A stretch of DNA of 64,000 bases from an uncultured Verrucomicrobiota bacterium (GCA_947305775.1 CAMZEN010000007.1:61-64060); one strand, 5' to 3'; shown: positions 40,647-51,458, counted from the first letter of the stretch. Program-made: numbers and translations. Notes: generated from the sequence alone by a model not told the origin.

Positions 40647-41210
40647 TCAAATCTCCGGTGCAGTCGCACCTTCGGCAGGGGAACCTTCAACGGCGACTTC
40701 ACCCAAGGTCTTGGTGCCCGAAAGCAAGGCCACAACCTGCGACTGCACCTCGGCCAGGTTCTCAAGACGTATGCGCGGATCAAGTATGACGAAAGTGTCG
40801 CCGCTTTTGCGATCCTCGTATACCCTTCGTATCGTGCCGTCTGGCTGCGGCTTTGCGTCCCTTTCGATGAGTATCTTGGAGCGCTCCAGCATCACGGCAA
40901 GCACATATACGACATTTTTCATCGCCGGGTCGTCTAGCGTGATGAGCTTCCTTATTAGCTCGCCGGCATCCTCTTTCTTGAGAGGATCCTTCTTTTCCTC
41001 CTTTACCGGCGCAAGATATACGCCATCCCACTGCGAGAACGGTTCCCAATCGCGCTCTGCCGTTTTCCAGCACTCTGGGTGGCAGTCGTAGCGCTCGTAT
41101 CCGCCGTTCGTTTCCCTAAGTGCGCTTACGACAGGAGTCTTGTCCAATAGGGGCTTTTCGCATATCGTGCAGACATGGCCCCTAGACCTTATGTTCCATT
41201 CTTGTGACAT
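40647..41210 (-). CDS. hypothetical protein (N-terminal Cys/His cluster)
   Basis: 187 aa, with CTIC…CHPEC near the N-terminus. A TATAAT box lies 6 nt upstream of the ATG, suggesting a possible leaderless transcript. Confidence 0.4.
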   Translation of the reverse strand: MSQEWNIRSRGHVCTICEKPLLDKTPVVSALRETNGGYERYDCHPECWKTAERDWEPFSQWDGVYLAPVKEEKKDPLKKEDAGELIRKLITLDDPAMKNVVYVLAVMLERSKILIERDAKPQPDGTIRRVYEDRKSGDTFVILDPRIRLENLAEVQSQVVALLSGTKTLGEVAVEGSPAEGATAPEI

Positions 41211-41218
41211 GGCGGGAA

Positions 41219-41920
41219 TTATGCCTTAAGGCTCATTTCGTCCAGGATGGCTCGTGCGGCGGCGGCGGGGTCGGGGGCGGCAAGGATCGGACGGCCGACG
41301 ACGAGGTGTGTAGAACCGTCGCGCACGGCATCCGCCGGTGTCGCGACACGCTTCTGGTCTCCAACTGCCTCGCCTGCGGGACGCACTCCTGGGGTGATAA
41401 AAAGCGTGCCTGGCGCCAACGTCTTAGAAAGGGCACCCACTTCCATAGGCGAACACACAAGCCCGTGAGCACCGCAACCGGTAGCAAAGTGCGCCATCGC
41501 CAAGACCTGATCTGCTGGTGTGCGACCGATTATTCCGACATCCTCCAGGTCGCTCCTGTCAAGGGACGTAAGCACCGTCACGGCGAGAATCTTCGGCCCC
41601 GCCTCGCCAAACTCGGCGGCGGCGTCTGCCGCAGCGCGGATCATCGCCTTGCCTCCGACCGAGTGTATCGTCATCAAATCGACACCAAGCTTCCCGCCCG
41701 ATCGCACTGCGCGCTCCACCGTTCTAGGTATGTCGTGGAACTTGAGGTCGAGAAACACCTTCTTTCCCAGATCCTTCACGGCCTTGACGACGTCAGGACC
41801 CTCCGCCGTGAACAGCTCTAGCCCGATCTTGTAGAACCCGACCGGGTCCCCGATGAGCTTCACCTTCTCAACGGCCTCTTCGCGCGTCTGCACATCCAGA
41901 GCGACAATCAACTCTGCCAT
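41219..41920 (-). CDS. pyrF: orotidine 5'-phosphate decarboxylase
   Basis: LIVALDV…KIGLELF…FLDLKFHDIPRTV. Classic OMPDC motifs. Confidence 0.9.
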   Translation of the reverse strand: MAELIVALDVQTREEAVEKVKLIGDPVGFYKIGLELFTAEGPDVVKAVKDLGKKVFLDLKFHDIPRTVERAVRSGGKLGVDLMTIHSVGGKAMIRAAADAAAEFGEAGPKILAVTVLTSLDRSDLEDVGIIGRTPADQVLAMAHFATGCGAHGLVCSPMEVGALSKTLAPGTLFITPGVRPAGEAVGDQKRVATPADAVRDGSTHLVVGRPILAAPDPAAAARAILDEMSLKA

Positions 41921-41940
41921 TTCATTTCCTCCGTTCTGTT

Positions 41941-43302
41941 TTAACTTGTTTTAAGACTTTTACGCACATATGCGATGCCATCCTCGCGGCATGCGAAGAC
42001 GCCATCAAGCTGTGCCTCATAGCAATCTTTCAAAATCCGCCCGAACTCCACACCCGGCCTCAAGCCCAGCGCGATGAGGTCGCGCCCCATTACCATTGGA
42101 GCCGGAGCCGAATCCGCAATCTTCATCCTCTCCGCTTCCGCCGCAAGCCACTCAAGCGCCGTCGGGTCGCTCGGGAAAGGCGGACGCCCCTCGTCGTCCG
42201 CAGCGGCGACCCTTATGAGCCTGTCGATCCTGACGACTTCGGCGGCAAGACGACGAATCGCACTCTCCCCAGCGTGCGACTTCCACATCGCAAACGGACG
42301 CATGTGGCACCTTACAAGAGGAACCACTTCCTTCAATATCCGCTCTTCGTTTGTAAGCCGCCTCAGGAACGACCTGGTTGGCTCCACGCCTGCCTCATCG
42401 TGACCCAATGAGCGAATGCGCTTCTTCCGCGGGTCGTAGCGCGTAGTGGACGGCTTGCCGAAGTCATGGCAGAGGACGGCCAGACCGACGATGATGTCGT
42501 CCGACTCTCCCTTTCTGCGCCGCGCAAAAGCGTCCAGACAGCAAAGTGTGTGGTTCCACACGTCCCCTTCCGGATGCCATTCGGGCGCCTGCTTGCATCC
42601 TATGAGCGCGTCAAGCTCGGGGTAGTACCTCACCCATCCAACGTCCTTCAGGAAATTCAGTCCGGCGGAAATCTCGATGCCTCGCGTCAGCAGTTTCGCC
42701 CATTCTTCAAAAAGCCTTTCGCTAGGGAGTCCCTCAGGCGTCATTTCGCGGCAGATGGCTATTGTCTCCGCAGCCGGTTTGAGTCCGAAGCGAGCTACGA
42801 ACTGCATGCCCCTTAACACCCTGAGAGGATCTTCGCGGAAGTGTTCCGACACATGTCTAAGGACCTTAGCCGTGAGGTCTGCACGTCCGTTCCACGGATC
42901 CACTATTTCGTCTGTAAGGGGATCACGGTAGATGGCATTCACAGTGAAGTCGCGCCGTGCAGCGGCATCCTTTACGGAGAGCGCAGGGTCGTAGTCCATG
43001 CCAAACGCCTTGTGTCCAAGGCCCAACTTTGTCTCGCGCCGCGGAATCGCAACATCGATGTCATGGCCATGAAGCTTCACGACACCGAAAGATGCGCCCA
43101 CGAGGTCAAGGTGGAACGTTTTGGCTAGAATGGCTTGTAGCTCGTCCGGGGCAATGCCAAAGACTTCGATGTCGAAATCCTTGGACTTTATCCCAAGCAG
43201 TTCGTCGCGAACGCATCCGCCGACAAGGAGTGCGCGTCCGCAATGCGCTTTCGCGATGCGCGCAACTTCGCGCACCGCCTCAATGTCGTCCATCCCAGTC
43301 AT
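41941..43302 (-). CDS. cca: CCA tRNA nucleotidyltransferase with HD domain
   Basis: Poly(A) polymerase head motif GGCVRDELLG…DFDIEV. HD motif LCHDFGK. 453 aa. Confidence 0.8.
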   Translation of the reverse strand: MTGMDDIEAVREVARIAKAHCGRALLVGGCVRDELLGIKSKDFDIEVFGIAPDELQAILAKTFHLDLVGASFGVVKLHGHDIDVAIPRRETKLGLGHKAFGMDYDPALSVKDAAARRDFTVNAIYRDPLTDEIVDPWNGRADLTAKVLRHVSEHFREDPLRVLRGMQFVARFGLKPAAETIAICREMTPEGLPSERLFEEWAKLLTRGIEISAGLNFLKDVGWVRYYPELDALIGCKQAPEWHPEGDVWNHTLCCLDAFARRRKGESDDIIVGLAVLCHDFGKPSTTRYDPRKKRIRSLGHDEAGVEPTRSFLRRLTNEERILKEVVPLVRCHMRPFAMWKSHAGESAIRRLAAEVVRIDRLIRVAAADDEGRPPFPSDPTALEWLAAEAERMKIADSAPAPMVMGRDLIALGLRPGVEFGRILKDCYEAQLDGVFACREDGIAYVRKSLKTS

Positions 43303-44507
43303 GTGCGCTTCTTGAGAACCGCAAGGGTCTCGAAGCGTGCGGTGCGCGGGAACATGTCGACCCAGCGGACAGACTCAAGGTCATATCCACGGCAGATTAT
43401 GCGCAGATCCCTCACTAGCGTTGCGGGATCGCAACTGACGTACATTACGCGCGGCGCGTGCGACGCGGCAATCCATTCAGGAACGCGCTGCTCCAATCCG
43501 CCGCGCGGCGGATCCAGAATGACCGTCGAATGTGAGCCAACCTTGATGCGCTTCAGGTTTCGCCCGACTTCCTCGGCGAAGAAGAGTCCGGCGACACCCT
43601 GAGCGGCAGCGTTCTTCTTGGCAAAGTCGATTGCCTGGCGTCCCGACTCCACACCGACGAGTCGGGGAGCGGACGCCGCCGCGGCACCTGCGCAGCAGAG
43701 ACCGAACACTCCGACTCCGCAGTAGAGGTCCAGGATGTTCGGCGCATAGCCGACGCCTTTCATGTATTCATCCACAACTGCCTTCGCAAGCGCCTCGCCT
43801 GCTACCGGGTTCACCTGATAGAAGCCGTCGGACGGCACCTCGAACACCTTGCCGCATGTGGTTTCTTTGAGTACAAGCCCTCGGGGAGCGTCGCCTATCC
43901 ACCACTGCACGCCACTTCTCGGCGTCCATCGTATGGTGACGTTGCCCTTCCGCTCAGTATCACGACGAACGGACGGTGCCCCCTGGGTAAGAAGCGTCAT
44001 CACGTGGCGACGTATCTCTGGAATCTTCGCGTTTATCTCCGGTCGGGCAAGGGGATCTTCCATCACATCGACTATCTCGTGGCTCGGCTCGATGCGGTAG
44101 CCGAGCGCCCAGCCAGTCCCCCGTTTCGCAAAGTGGTATACGACCTTGTTGCGGTAATTTGCAGGCTGCTGCTCGCACGGGATGCGCCCGAAGCTGCGCG
44201 GAGAAAGCCGGGCGCGCTCGAGCGCTTCGGCAAGCTGCGCCTCCTTTGCGTCAAGCTCCGCAGAATAGGAGAGGTTCGAGTACACCATGCCTGGAATCGG
44301 TGCGGGGCCTGTCCCTATGCGGTCCGGACTGGGCTCGACCACCTCGACGAGACGCGCTTTCACGAACTTGCGCTTCTCCTCATAGATCTCGGCCTTAACG
44401 TTTTCGCCCGCGAATGCGCCCGGCACGAACACGACGCGTCCGTCACCGAGCCTGCCGAGCCCGTCGCCGCCGTATACGCTTTTCGCTATGTAGACGGTGG
44501 AGGTCAT
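43299..44507 (-). CDS. TRAM-domain class I SAM-dependent RNA (uracil-5)-methyltransferase (RlmD/TrmA family)
   Basis: N-terminal TRAM-like beta domain. SAM motif ILDLYCGVGVFGL. Catalytic VILDPPRGG and C-terminal YVSCDP. Confidence 0.7.
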   Translation of the reverse strand: MTSTVYIAKSVYGGDGLGRLGDGRVVFVPGAFAGENVKAEIYEEKRKFVKARLVEVVEPSPDRIGTGPAPIPGMVYSNLSYSAELDAKEAQLAEALERARLSPRSFGRIPCEQQPANYRNKVVYHFAKRGTGWALGYRIEPSHEIVDVMEDPLARPEINAKIPEIRRHVMTLLTQGAPSVRRDTERKGNVTIRWTPRSGVQWWIGDAPRGLVLKETTCGKVFEVPSDGFYQVNPVAGEALAKAVVDEYMKGVGYAPNILDLYCGVGVFGLCCAGAAAASAPRLVGVESGRQAIDFAKKNAAAQGVAGLFFAEEVGRNLKRIKVGSHSTVILDPPRGGLEQRVPEWIAASHAPRVMYVSCDPATLVRDLRIICRGYDLESVRWVDMFPRTARFETLAVLKKRT

Positions 44508-44519
44508 GGGCCGATACCT

Positions 44520-44840
44520 TTACTGCGCCCAGATCTTCTCGAGCGCGTAGTATGCGCGAGCCTCGGGCGAAAACACGTGGACTACGACATCCACATAGTC
44601 TACAACAATCCACCCGCTCTCCGGATCGCCGCTCGTGCGGTAGCTCGCGACGCCAGCCGCCTTCATGACGGACTGAGACTCGGCGACAAGCGCCTTCAAG
44701 TGCGGCGCGGCGGTTCCTGTGGCAACGACAAAAAAGTCGGCGAGCGAGGACTTGCCCCTCACGTCGTAAACCTTTACATCTTCGCCCTTACGGTCCTTCA
44801 GGGCTTGTGCGATTGTTTCTGCTTGCTGTTCGACAGTCAT
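44520..44840 (-). CDS. rsfS: ribosome silencing factor RsfS (iojap family)
   Basis: …GWIVVDYVDVVVHVFSPEARAYYALEKIW… 106 aa. Confidence 0.85.
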   Translation of the reverse strand: MTVEQQAETIAQALKDRKGEDVKVYDVRGKSSLADFFVVATGTAAPHLKALVAESQSVMKAAGVASYRTSGDPESGWIVVDYVDVVVHVFSPEARAYYALEKIWAQ

Positions 44841-44861
44841 GCTGTTATTATACCAAAACTA

Positions 44862-45542
44862 TCATGCCTGCGCACCGTCCTGGCTTACGCCGACTATGCC
44901 CGTGGAGAAGCCTGTGCGCACAAAAGCATAGTTGCGCATTCCGTCTGGTGCGACAATGATCGCTCCTGCGTCGAGAAACCGCGGCCATGTATCGCGTGAC
45001 CGAACTTCATATGCTCCGCGCGTGGAAAGAAAAGCGGCGATGTACAGATCATGGGTCGCCACAATCATCAGACGGGCCCTGAAGCGCTCTAACAACCATT
45101 TCTCCATAGAGTCGGACGACTCGTGGATTTCGTTAAAGCCGCGCATGCTGCCTTTATCCATGTACTCTATGCTCGCCGGGAAAAAGTTCTCCGGCGGGGT
45201 AAACACGTGCAGCACCTCGAGAGCGTCGCGATAATAGAAGCTTTCATTGCCGAGCAGCCCGTCAACCGGTATTTCAGGCGAAGCCACACCCATCCCTTCG
45301 GCTATCAGCGCCGCCGTCATACGCGTTCTTCGCAGCGGACTTGCAATGAACTGAACAGATCCGGCAAACGGCGCAAGCGCCTCTCCGAAAAGACGCGCCG
45401 TGCGCTCGCCCTCGGCAGTAAGCGGCAACGAGTCGCCAAAGGTAGGATCGGTGGGATCCATCTTCGGCCGCTCCGCATGGCGCACCAGCAAAATGACGCG
45501 CGAGCCTTCCCGAAGGGCGCTCGCGACATCATCCAACGTCAT
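44862..45542 (-). CDS. histidine phosphatase family protein (phosphoglycerate-mutase-like)
   Basis: Catalytic RHG-type motif LLVRHAERP. Start placed at MTLDDV to avoid a 60-bp overlap with the upstream gene; the track ORF extends to 45617. Confidence 0.55.
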   Translation of the reverse strand: MTLDDVASALREGSRVILLVRHAERPKMDPTDPTFGDSLPLTAEGERTARLFGEALAPFAGSVQFIASPLRRTRMTAALIAEGMGVASPEIPVDGLLGNESFYYRDALEVLHVFTPPENFFPASIEYMDKGSMRGFNEIHESSDSMEKWLLERFRARLMIVATHDLYIAAFLSTRGAYEVRSRDTWPRFLDAGAIIVAPDGMRNYAFVRTGFSTGIVGVSQDGAQA

Positions 45543-45556
45543 TTCTGCGTTACCGG

Positions 45557-48500
45557 TCACTGCGGTTTGCGCACGATTATCGTGCGGTTTGGCCGTGCGC
45601 TGCCTAGGCGGCTCCATTCCTTCAGCAGGCCAAAATAGTCACGCGCGAACACCGTCTGGATGCGCGGTGCGCAAGTACGGGCTACATCCACCACCAACCG
45701 TCCTTCGGCGTCGACGGAAGTGCTTATGCCGTACGAGAACCATACATCGTAGAAGTTGAGCGGATTCCTGAAGTCATATCCGCGCGGCAGATGGTCGGGC
45801 ACCGTGTATCCCTCCGGGAACGTAATGGTATAACGCACCCTGCTGCCCTCCACGGCATCTACGCACAGCGGCCCCTCACGATCGACGCCAGTGAGCGGGA
45901 AGAGCGGCGTGTAGAAGTCCGGCAGGACAATCGACATCAAATCGCCCTTGACGGCCGCGAAGTGAGGAACGTTGCACGAGAACGACATCTTCGCCGGATA
46001 CGACTCGGTGTCCGTCACAAGCTCGCCCGTTGCGCTCGCCCCCTGCGCTATCGTAGCGACGAGCTCCTGTATGTGGCGTCTCCTGTCCTCCGAAAGCATT
46101 TCCGCGTACTTCTTCCGGAATGTCCCCACGCCGCCGCCCCAACGGGTGCGGACTATGTCGAAGTCGGCCGAGCCATCCTCGTGCACCGAAACCGTTACTT
46201 CGGCTGTGTAGTAGGGGTTGAACTCGACCGGCTGTTCCACAAACTCGAACGTCTCGGTCACCGGATCGAAATAGTGCGAACCGGCATATGGCGAAAGACC
46301 TATGGGCGTGTACTCGTTCTCGGTACCCACGAACGTGTTCTTTACTTTGCGGCCGAAAGGCAGAAGGCCCCAAAGCCACCCGCCCTCGTACTCGCGAACA
46401 CGGCAGAGCGGTATCGCAAACTGGCGAACGTCGGGGAACCTCGTCATGGCGACTTCCTTAAGCTGAGGGTCCATGCCGCCGTCGGAGGACGAGAATACGA
46501 CATCCGCCTCATACCCGGCGCCGCGCAGAAGCGCGCACATGGTACGGATGAAATCGAGCCGTGTAGCATAGTGCTCCTTGAGAACAACTTCTGGATCGGT
46601 AAGCTGGGCCTCGATCGGAACTTCGTACAGGGAAGGTCCGACAACGCTTATGTTCCTGGACATCCAGTCGCGTATCTCCTTGATCTGCCTGCGCTCGCCA
46701 GCAACGGGCTTCACGTCCGCCGCCTTTCTAAGCTTCTCCGCTACATTGTGGAACGAATTCGAGCTAACGTGCCATATGTCGCGCCAGAAGTCGCCGGGCG
46801 ACTCCATGGGCTCCGCCTTCAGCAACCTCGGATTGATGACGGTGCGAACATCGCCGTTGATCCTTACTGTCAGCTCGTCCGTCGGTTCGAACACGTCAAA
46901 CGCCCACCATCCGCAAAATGGCGCAGGAGCGTCCTTGACGGTATTCTTGATGACGTACTTGATCGTGCTTCCGATCTCGACAGAAGGCAGGTTCACCACC
47001 ATCTGCTTCGATGCCGGATACCGCGGCGCGGACGACGCCCACGCGCAGTCCATTACGTTGACCTCATGCTCGCTGAGGTGGGCGACCTTGCCGTCGGGGC
47101 TGGTGACGAACGCCTCAAGCACCTCAACAGTCTCCCACGTCGGATTGAACGTGAAAGTCAGCTCGGAAGAGTTCTTCTTGCCGTCGTAGGTAAGGATCTC
47201 CTTGACGACAGTGTTGGTCACAGTCCAGCTGCTGTCGCCATCCAGGTCGATCTCGGACCTGTTCACCCAATAGCGGACGTTCGCATTCGACAGGGTGTCC
47301 TTCGCGAACGATGGCCTTTCACGCTCCGAGGAATCGACGTCTTTCATAGCCACCCTGATGTTTGCGTACTCTTCCGGCGAGAACTCCACATCGTTCACGG
47401 CAACACGGCGGAACACAACCAGCTCATCTCCTTCAATCCTAAAGGTGCGATCGTACTGGTATTTGCCGCCTATGTGCTTGTCGGGGGGCAGGGTCAACGC
47501 CCTGCCGATGGAGTCGCCGAGCTTGAGGCGCAGATTCTCGACTGCGGAGGCGGTGTAGTCCACCACAAGCGGATACTTCCTCTTTTCAAGCGACGTCTTG
47601 CCGGAAAGGATCCAGCTTACCGCTCCAAGCGAAGGCGTAACAAGCGGGGCGTTAAGCTCATCGCTGAAGTCGCCGCGCGAAATGGAGTCCGTTATGCGCG
47701 AAACGATCTTGACGCCGAGCGGAACCGACATGTCGTGCAGATCTACAGGGGTGATGTCGCACTGGATGAGTTCGGCGCCCGGGAAGCGGTTGCGGAGTAT
47801 CGTCTCGAACATCTTGCGGCGGGCCTCTGGCCTGCGCCTGAGAAGCACCTGGCGGAAGATGTTGTCGTTCATGCCGTTGAAGACGAGATTCTGCGTAAGC
47901 ATGATCGCACCGTCGCTGGTGAGGGACCCGAACGCATCGACCACCAGAGCGTTGTCGGGCTCTGCTGGCGGTATGGGCGACGTCCTAAGCGTTTCTCCAT
48001 CGGGGCGCGCAACGAGGTACGACCGGTTGGAGAGGTATGCCGGCATTATATCGCGGCTCGACTCGTCCGTCGGGTCCATAAGCACGTACTTGCCGTCATG
48101 CTGGTCGTCAAGACCTGAAGATGGGTCGTAATCGGGGTTCGCCGCAGCGACGATCGCATGGTTGAAGAACGGCGAAGGAACCTCCGGATCCTTCTTGGTG
48201 CCATTGTGTATGAGAACCGGAAATGCCTCTATGCCGGCGATCCTGAGCATCGCGACGAGAAGCGCGGCCTTGTCGCGGCACACGCCGTAGCGGTTGCCGA
48301 AGGTTATGTCGACGTCGTGCGGCGCATAACCCGGAGACGTATCTTCCATGGTGAGGCCCATGTAGCGCACCTCCTGGGCGACCCACTTGTAGAGGCTCTT
48401 CACCTTGGCATCAAAGGTATCGGCACCCTGTATGACGCTGAAGACCTTGTTCGAGATTGCCTCGTTCGTCTTTAACAGGTGGGGCAGGCTGAGGTCCCAG

Positions 48501-49267
48501 TACCACTGGGAAAGGTCCTCCCACCTTTCGGCCGTCGACACCTGAATGTTCTCTACGAGCGAGTAGAAAGGCGGCGTATCGGGTTCGGAGAACGACTGCG
48601 GCGAGTTTGTGGCGCGCCACGTATGAACAACGCGGCCATCGGCGTTCGTCACATGGCTCTCCTCGACGTTGCCAAGCGGATTGCGCACAGCCATCTTCCT
48701 GAGAGGCAGATCCTTGGGCGCGGTGACGCAGTATACCGATTCCAGGATCGGACATTCCCACTCGACGATGGTCATGTCTGCGAACTGCCCGTCAACGCGC
48801 GACTTGAAAGTCGACCGCTCTATGACGGTGTGGATCGTTTCGCCAACCATCAAGCCCGGCACGCGGCAGGCTACCTTACGGTGCATGGGATCGTATATGT
48901 TCTCCGCCATGGACGAGTTGTCGGTCGTCTCCTTCATCGTGGCGGCTATGTCCACCGCACGCTCCACGCCGTTGGTGCCTATTATGCCAACAGACACAAT
49001 CTTTGCCAAACCATAGCGCGACGAATAGGCGACGGAGAGTTCGCTTTCCTCGCGGCGCCCCTTTTCGGTCAGTATCTTAACCCAATTCTCATCTTTGTTG
49101 AAGTACGTACCGTCGGTAGCGTACTCTATGTTCCGCAAGCTCTTGACAAGCACGGCATTCGCATCAGGATACTTTTCAAGGGTGATGTCATCGTCGGCGA
49201 AAACGCATGCCGAAAAAACCAATGCCGTCCAAAGAAGCACCGCTTCCTTTCTTGTCGCAGATGTCAT
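45557..49267 (-). CDS. large secreted protein with transglutaminase-like core (DUF3857-like N-terminus)
   Basis: Signal peptide is present. Transglutaminase-like motif GVCRDKAALLVAMLRIAGIEAFPV. 1236 aa. Confidence 0.55.
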   Translation of the reverse strand: MTSATRKEAVLLWTALVFSACVFADDDITLEKYPDANAVLVKSLRNIEYATDGTYFNKDENWVKILTEKGRREESELSVAYSSRYGLAKIVSVGIIGTNGVERAVDIAATMKETTDNSSMAENIYDPMHRKVACRVPGLMVGETIHTVIERSTFKSRVDGQFADMTIVEWECPILESVYCVTAPKDLPLRKMAVRNPLGNVEESHVTNADGRVVHTWRATNSPQSFSEPDTPPFYSLVENIQVSTAERWEDLSQWYWDLSLPHLLKTNEAISNKVFSVIQGADTFDAKVKSLYKWVAQEVRYMGLTMEDTSPGYAPHDVDITFGNRYGVCRDKAALLVAMLRIAGIEAFPVLIHNGTKKDPEVPSPFFNHAIVAAANPDYDPSSGLDDQHDGKYVLMDPTDESSRDIMPAYLSNRSYLVARPDGETLRTSPIPPAEPDNALVVDAFGSLTSDGAIMLTQNLVFNGMNDNIFRQVLLRRRPEARRKMFETILRNRFPGAELIQCDITPVDLHDMSVPLGVKIVSRITDSISRGDFSDELNAPLVTPSLGAVSWILSGKTSLEKRKYPLVVDYTASAVENLRLKLGDSIGRALTLPPDKHIGGKYQYDRTFRIEGDELVVFRRVAVNDVEFSPEEYANIRVAMKDVDSSERERPSFAKDTLSNANVRYWVNRSEIDLDGDSSWTVTNTVVKEILTYDGKKNSSELTFTFNPTWETVEVLEAFVTSPDGKVAHLSEHEVNVMDCAWASSAPRYPASKQMVVNLPSVEIGSTIKYVIKNTVKDAPAPFCGWWAFDVFEPTDELTVRINGDVRTVINPRLLKAEPMESPGDFWRDIWHVSSNSFHNVAEKLRKAADVKPVAGERRQIKEIRDWMSRNISVVGPSLYEVPIEAQLTDPEVVLKEHYATRLDFIRTMCALLRGAGYEADVVFSSSDGGMDPQLKEVAMTRFPDVRQFAIPLCRVREYEGGWLWGLLPFGRKVKNTFVGTENEYTPIGLSPYAGSHYFDPVTETFEFVEQPVEFNPYYTAEVTVSVHEDGSADFDIVRTRWGGGVGTFRKKYAEMLSEDRRRHIQELVATIAQGASATGELVTDTESYPAKMSFSCNVPHFAAVKGDLMSIVLPDFYTPLFPLTGVDREGPLCVDAVEGSRVRYTITFPEGYTVPDHLPRGYDFRNPLNFYDVWFSYGISTSVDAEGRLVVDVARTCAPRIQTVFARDYFGLLKEWSRLGSARPNRTIIVRKPQ

Positions 49268-49333
49268 GTTACGTTCCTTGCTCAGTGATTGTTGGTACTG
49301 GATTCCCCAAAAGAGAAAAAGATTTGTAATTGT

Positions 49334-49342
49334 ATTATACCA
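49334..49342 (-). promoter_or_regulatory. extended -10 box TGGTATAAT upstream of the 45557-49267 gene
   Basis: The reverse complement of TGTATTATACCAAATT gives AATTTGGTATAATACA, about 65 nt upstream of the start codon. Confidence 0.35.
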
Positions 49343-49437
49343 AATTTTGGCCGCGCTCGCCGAACACTATCTCGACAAAAAAAGAAATGCGCCCCCCGAG
49401 GACGGGGGACGCATTGCGTCTTTATCTACCCGCCGCC

Positions 49438-51390
49438 TTATTGGGCGAGCGCGGCGGACACGTCGGCAAGAACCTGACGCAGCGCCTTGGGGACGCGGTG
49501 GGCCGTCTTGGAGGCAACCTTGGAGTCCTTGGACGGCTTGGCGTCGTACTCGTCGTACGAGGCGCCGACCGTTGCGATCTCCTTCTTCCAGCCCTCGACG
49601 TCAACCTTGAGGATCTCCTCGAGGTCGGCCTTGACGACATGGAACTTCGCGGTCTCGTCGTTGTTCGAGAGATCGATGTCCTGCGCGAACGGGATGTTGC
49701 CGATCGGGGTCTCGTTGGCCTTCACCTGACCCTCTATGCGCTGGCAGATCCACTTGAGGACGCGGCTGTTGTCGCCGAAGCCAGGCCACATGAAGCGGCC
49801 ATCCTCGCCCTTGCGGAACCAGTTCACGAAGTATATCTTGGGCAGCTTCGTCGCATCGGCGGAGGTGCGCTCCATCTCCAGCCAGTGCTGGAAGTAGTCG
49901 CACACATTGTAGCCGAAGAACGGGAGCATCGCCATCGGGTCGCGGCGGACCTGGCCGATCTGGTCGGAGATGACGGCGGCGGTGACCTCTGAACCGGCGG
50001 CGGAACCCATGAACACGCCGTGGGTCCAGCTCTTTGCCTCGTTCACCAGAGGAATCGTCGAAGGACGGCGTCCACCGAAGAGGACCGCGTCGATCGGCAC
50101 GCCCGTGGGCTTCTTGTTGTAGAGGCCGTTGAAGCCGGCCTTGTCCAGCACGGGGCAGTTCTCGGCGGGGGCGGTGAAGCGGCTGTTCTTGTGGGCCGCC
50201 ACATAGCCGAGCTCCTTGATCTCCTTCTTGGTCATGCCGGGCTTCGGACCCATGCGATATGGATCGTCCGCGCAGACGTAGCAGGGATTGCCCTTCCAGT
50301 CGACGCCTTCCTTAGGAGCCTTGACGCCCATGTCCTCCCACCAGATGTCGCCGTCGGGCGTAAGAACGACGTTCGTGAAGATCGTGCCCTTCTTGCAGCT
50401 CTTGAGCGCGTTGGGGTTGGAATCCATGGAAGTTCCCGGCGCAACGCCGAAGAAGCCGTTCTCGGGGTTGATTGCGTAAAGACGGCCGTCGTCGCCGGGC
50501 TTGAGCCAAGCGATATCGTCGCCGATCGTCTGGAGCTTCCAGCCATCGAGCTTGGGCTGCATCATGGCGAGGTTCGTCTTGCCGCAGGCGGACGGGAACG
50601 CCGCCGTAACGTGATACTGCTTCTTCTCGGGAGAAGTGAGCGTAAGGATGAGCATGTGCTCGGCCATCCAACCCTGATCCTTGGCGAGCTTGGACGCGAT
50701 GCGGAGCGCGAAGCACTTCTTGCCGAGGAGGGCGTTGCCGCCGTAGCCGGAACCGAACGACCAGATCTCGCGGTCCTCAGGGAACTGCGTGATGTACTTG
50801 TCTTCGATCTTCTTGGCGCAGGGCCAGGAGACGTCCTTCTCGCCCTTCTTGAGAGGAGCGCCGACGGAGTGGATGCAGGGGATGAAGTCGCCATCCGTGC
50901 CGAGATGCTTGATCACGGCGTCGCCGGTGCGCGTCATGATGTTCATGTTGACGACGACGTAAGGCGAGTCGGTGATCTCGATGCCGTACTGGGTGATCGG
51001 GTTGCCGATCGGTCCCATCGCGAACGGGATGACGTACATCGTGCGGCCCTTCATGCAGCCGGTATACGCCTTCGTCATCTTCTTCTTCATCTCGACGGGA
51101 TCCATCCAGTGGTTCGTCGGGCCCGCGTCGATCTCGCGCTTGGAGCAGATGAACGTACGACCCTCGACGCGCGCAACGTCGCTCTCGTGCGAGCGGGCGA
51201 GGTAGCAATCGGGACGCTTCTTGGCGTTCAGTTTTATGAACTGCCCGTTCTTGACCATCATCTCGCAAATGGCGAGATGCTCGGCCTTCGTGCCCTTCAC
51301 GACCACGATCTTATCGGGCGTGCAGACCTTGTTCCACTTGTCAACCCATGCGAACACCTTGGCATTCGCGAACTTCGGCGTCTTGGCCAT
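49438..51390 (-). CDS. pckG: phosphoenolpyruvate carboxykinase (GTP)
   Basis: Kinase-1a motif FPSACGKTNLAM and overall GTP-PEPCK sequence. 650 aa. Confidence 0.9.
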   Translation of the reverse strand: MAKTPKFANAKVFAWVDKWNKVCTPDKIVVVKGTKAEHLAICEMMVKNGQFIKLNAKKRPDCYLARSHESDVARVEGRTFICSKREIDAGPTNHWMDPVEMKKKMTKAYTGCMKGRTMYVIPFAMGPIGNPITQYGIEITDSPYVVVNMNIMTRTGDAVIKHLGTDGDFIPCIHSVGAPLKKGEKDVSWPCAKKIEDKYITQFPEDREIWSFGSGYGGNALLGKKCFALRIASKLAKDQGWMAEHMLILTLTSPEKKQYHVTAAFPSACGKTNLAMMQPKLDGWKLQTIGDDIAWLKPGDDGRLYAINPENGFFGVAPGTSMDSNPNALKSCKKGTIFTNVVLTPDGDIWWEDMGVKAPKEGVDWKGNPCYVCADDPYRMGPKPGMTKKEIKELGYVAAHKNSRFTAPAENCPVLDKAGFNGLYNKKPTGVPIDAVLFGGRRPSTIPLVNEAKSWTHGVFMGSAAGSEVTAAVISDQIGQVRRDPMAMLPFFGYNVCDYFQHWLEMERTSADATKLPKIYFVNWFRKGEDGRFMWPGFGDNSRVLKWICQRIEGQVKANETPIGNIPFAQDIDLSNNDETAKFHVVKADLEEILKVDVEGWKKEIATVGASYDEYDAKPSKDSKVASKTAHRVPKALRQVLADVSAALAQ

Positions 51391-51458
51391 GTTTTTTACT
51401 CCTTAAGGTTGCCCCTTTTAGGGCGTGATTAAAGCATTGTGTTGATTATATCATAATA

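Noticed and set aside
44862-45617. 60-bp overlap between the histidine phosphatase ORF and the upstream 1236-aa gene
   Set aside because: Resolved by using the internal in-frame start MTLDDV at ~45542, which removes the overlap. Not treated as a programmed overlap.
45791-48118. 775-aa plus-strand ORF antisense to the transglutaminase-like gene
   Set aside because: Same reasoning. It is embedded in a 1236-aa minus-strand gene that has a signal peptide and a domain motif, and its composition is typical of GC-driven artefacts.
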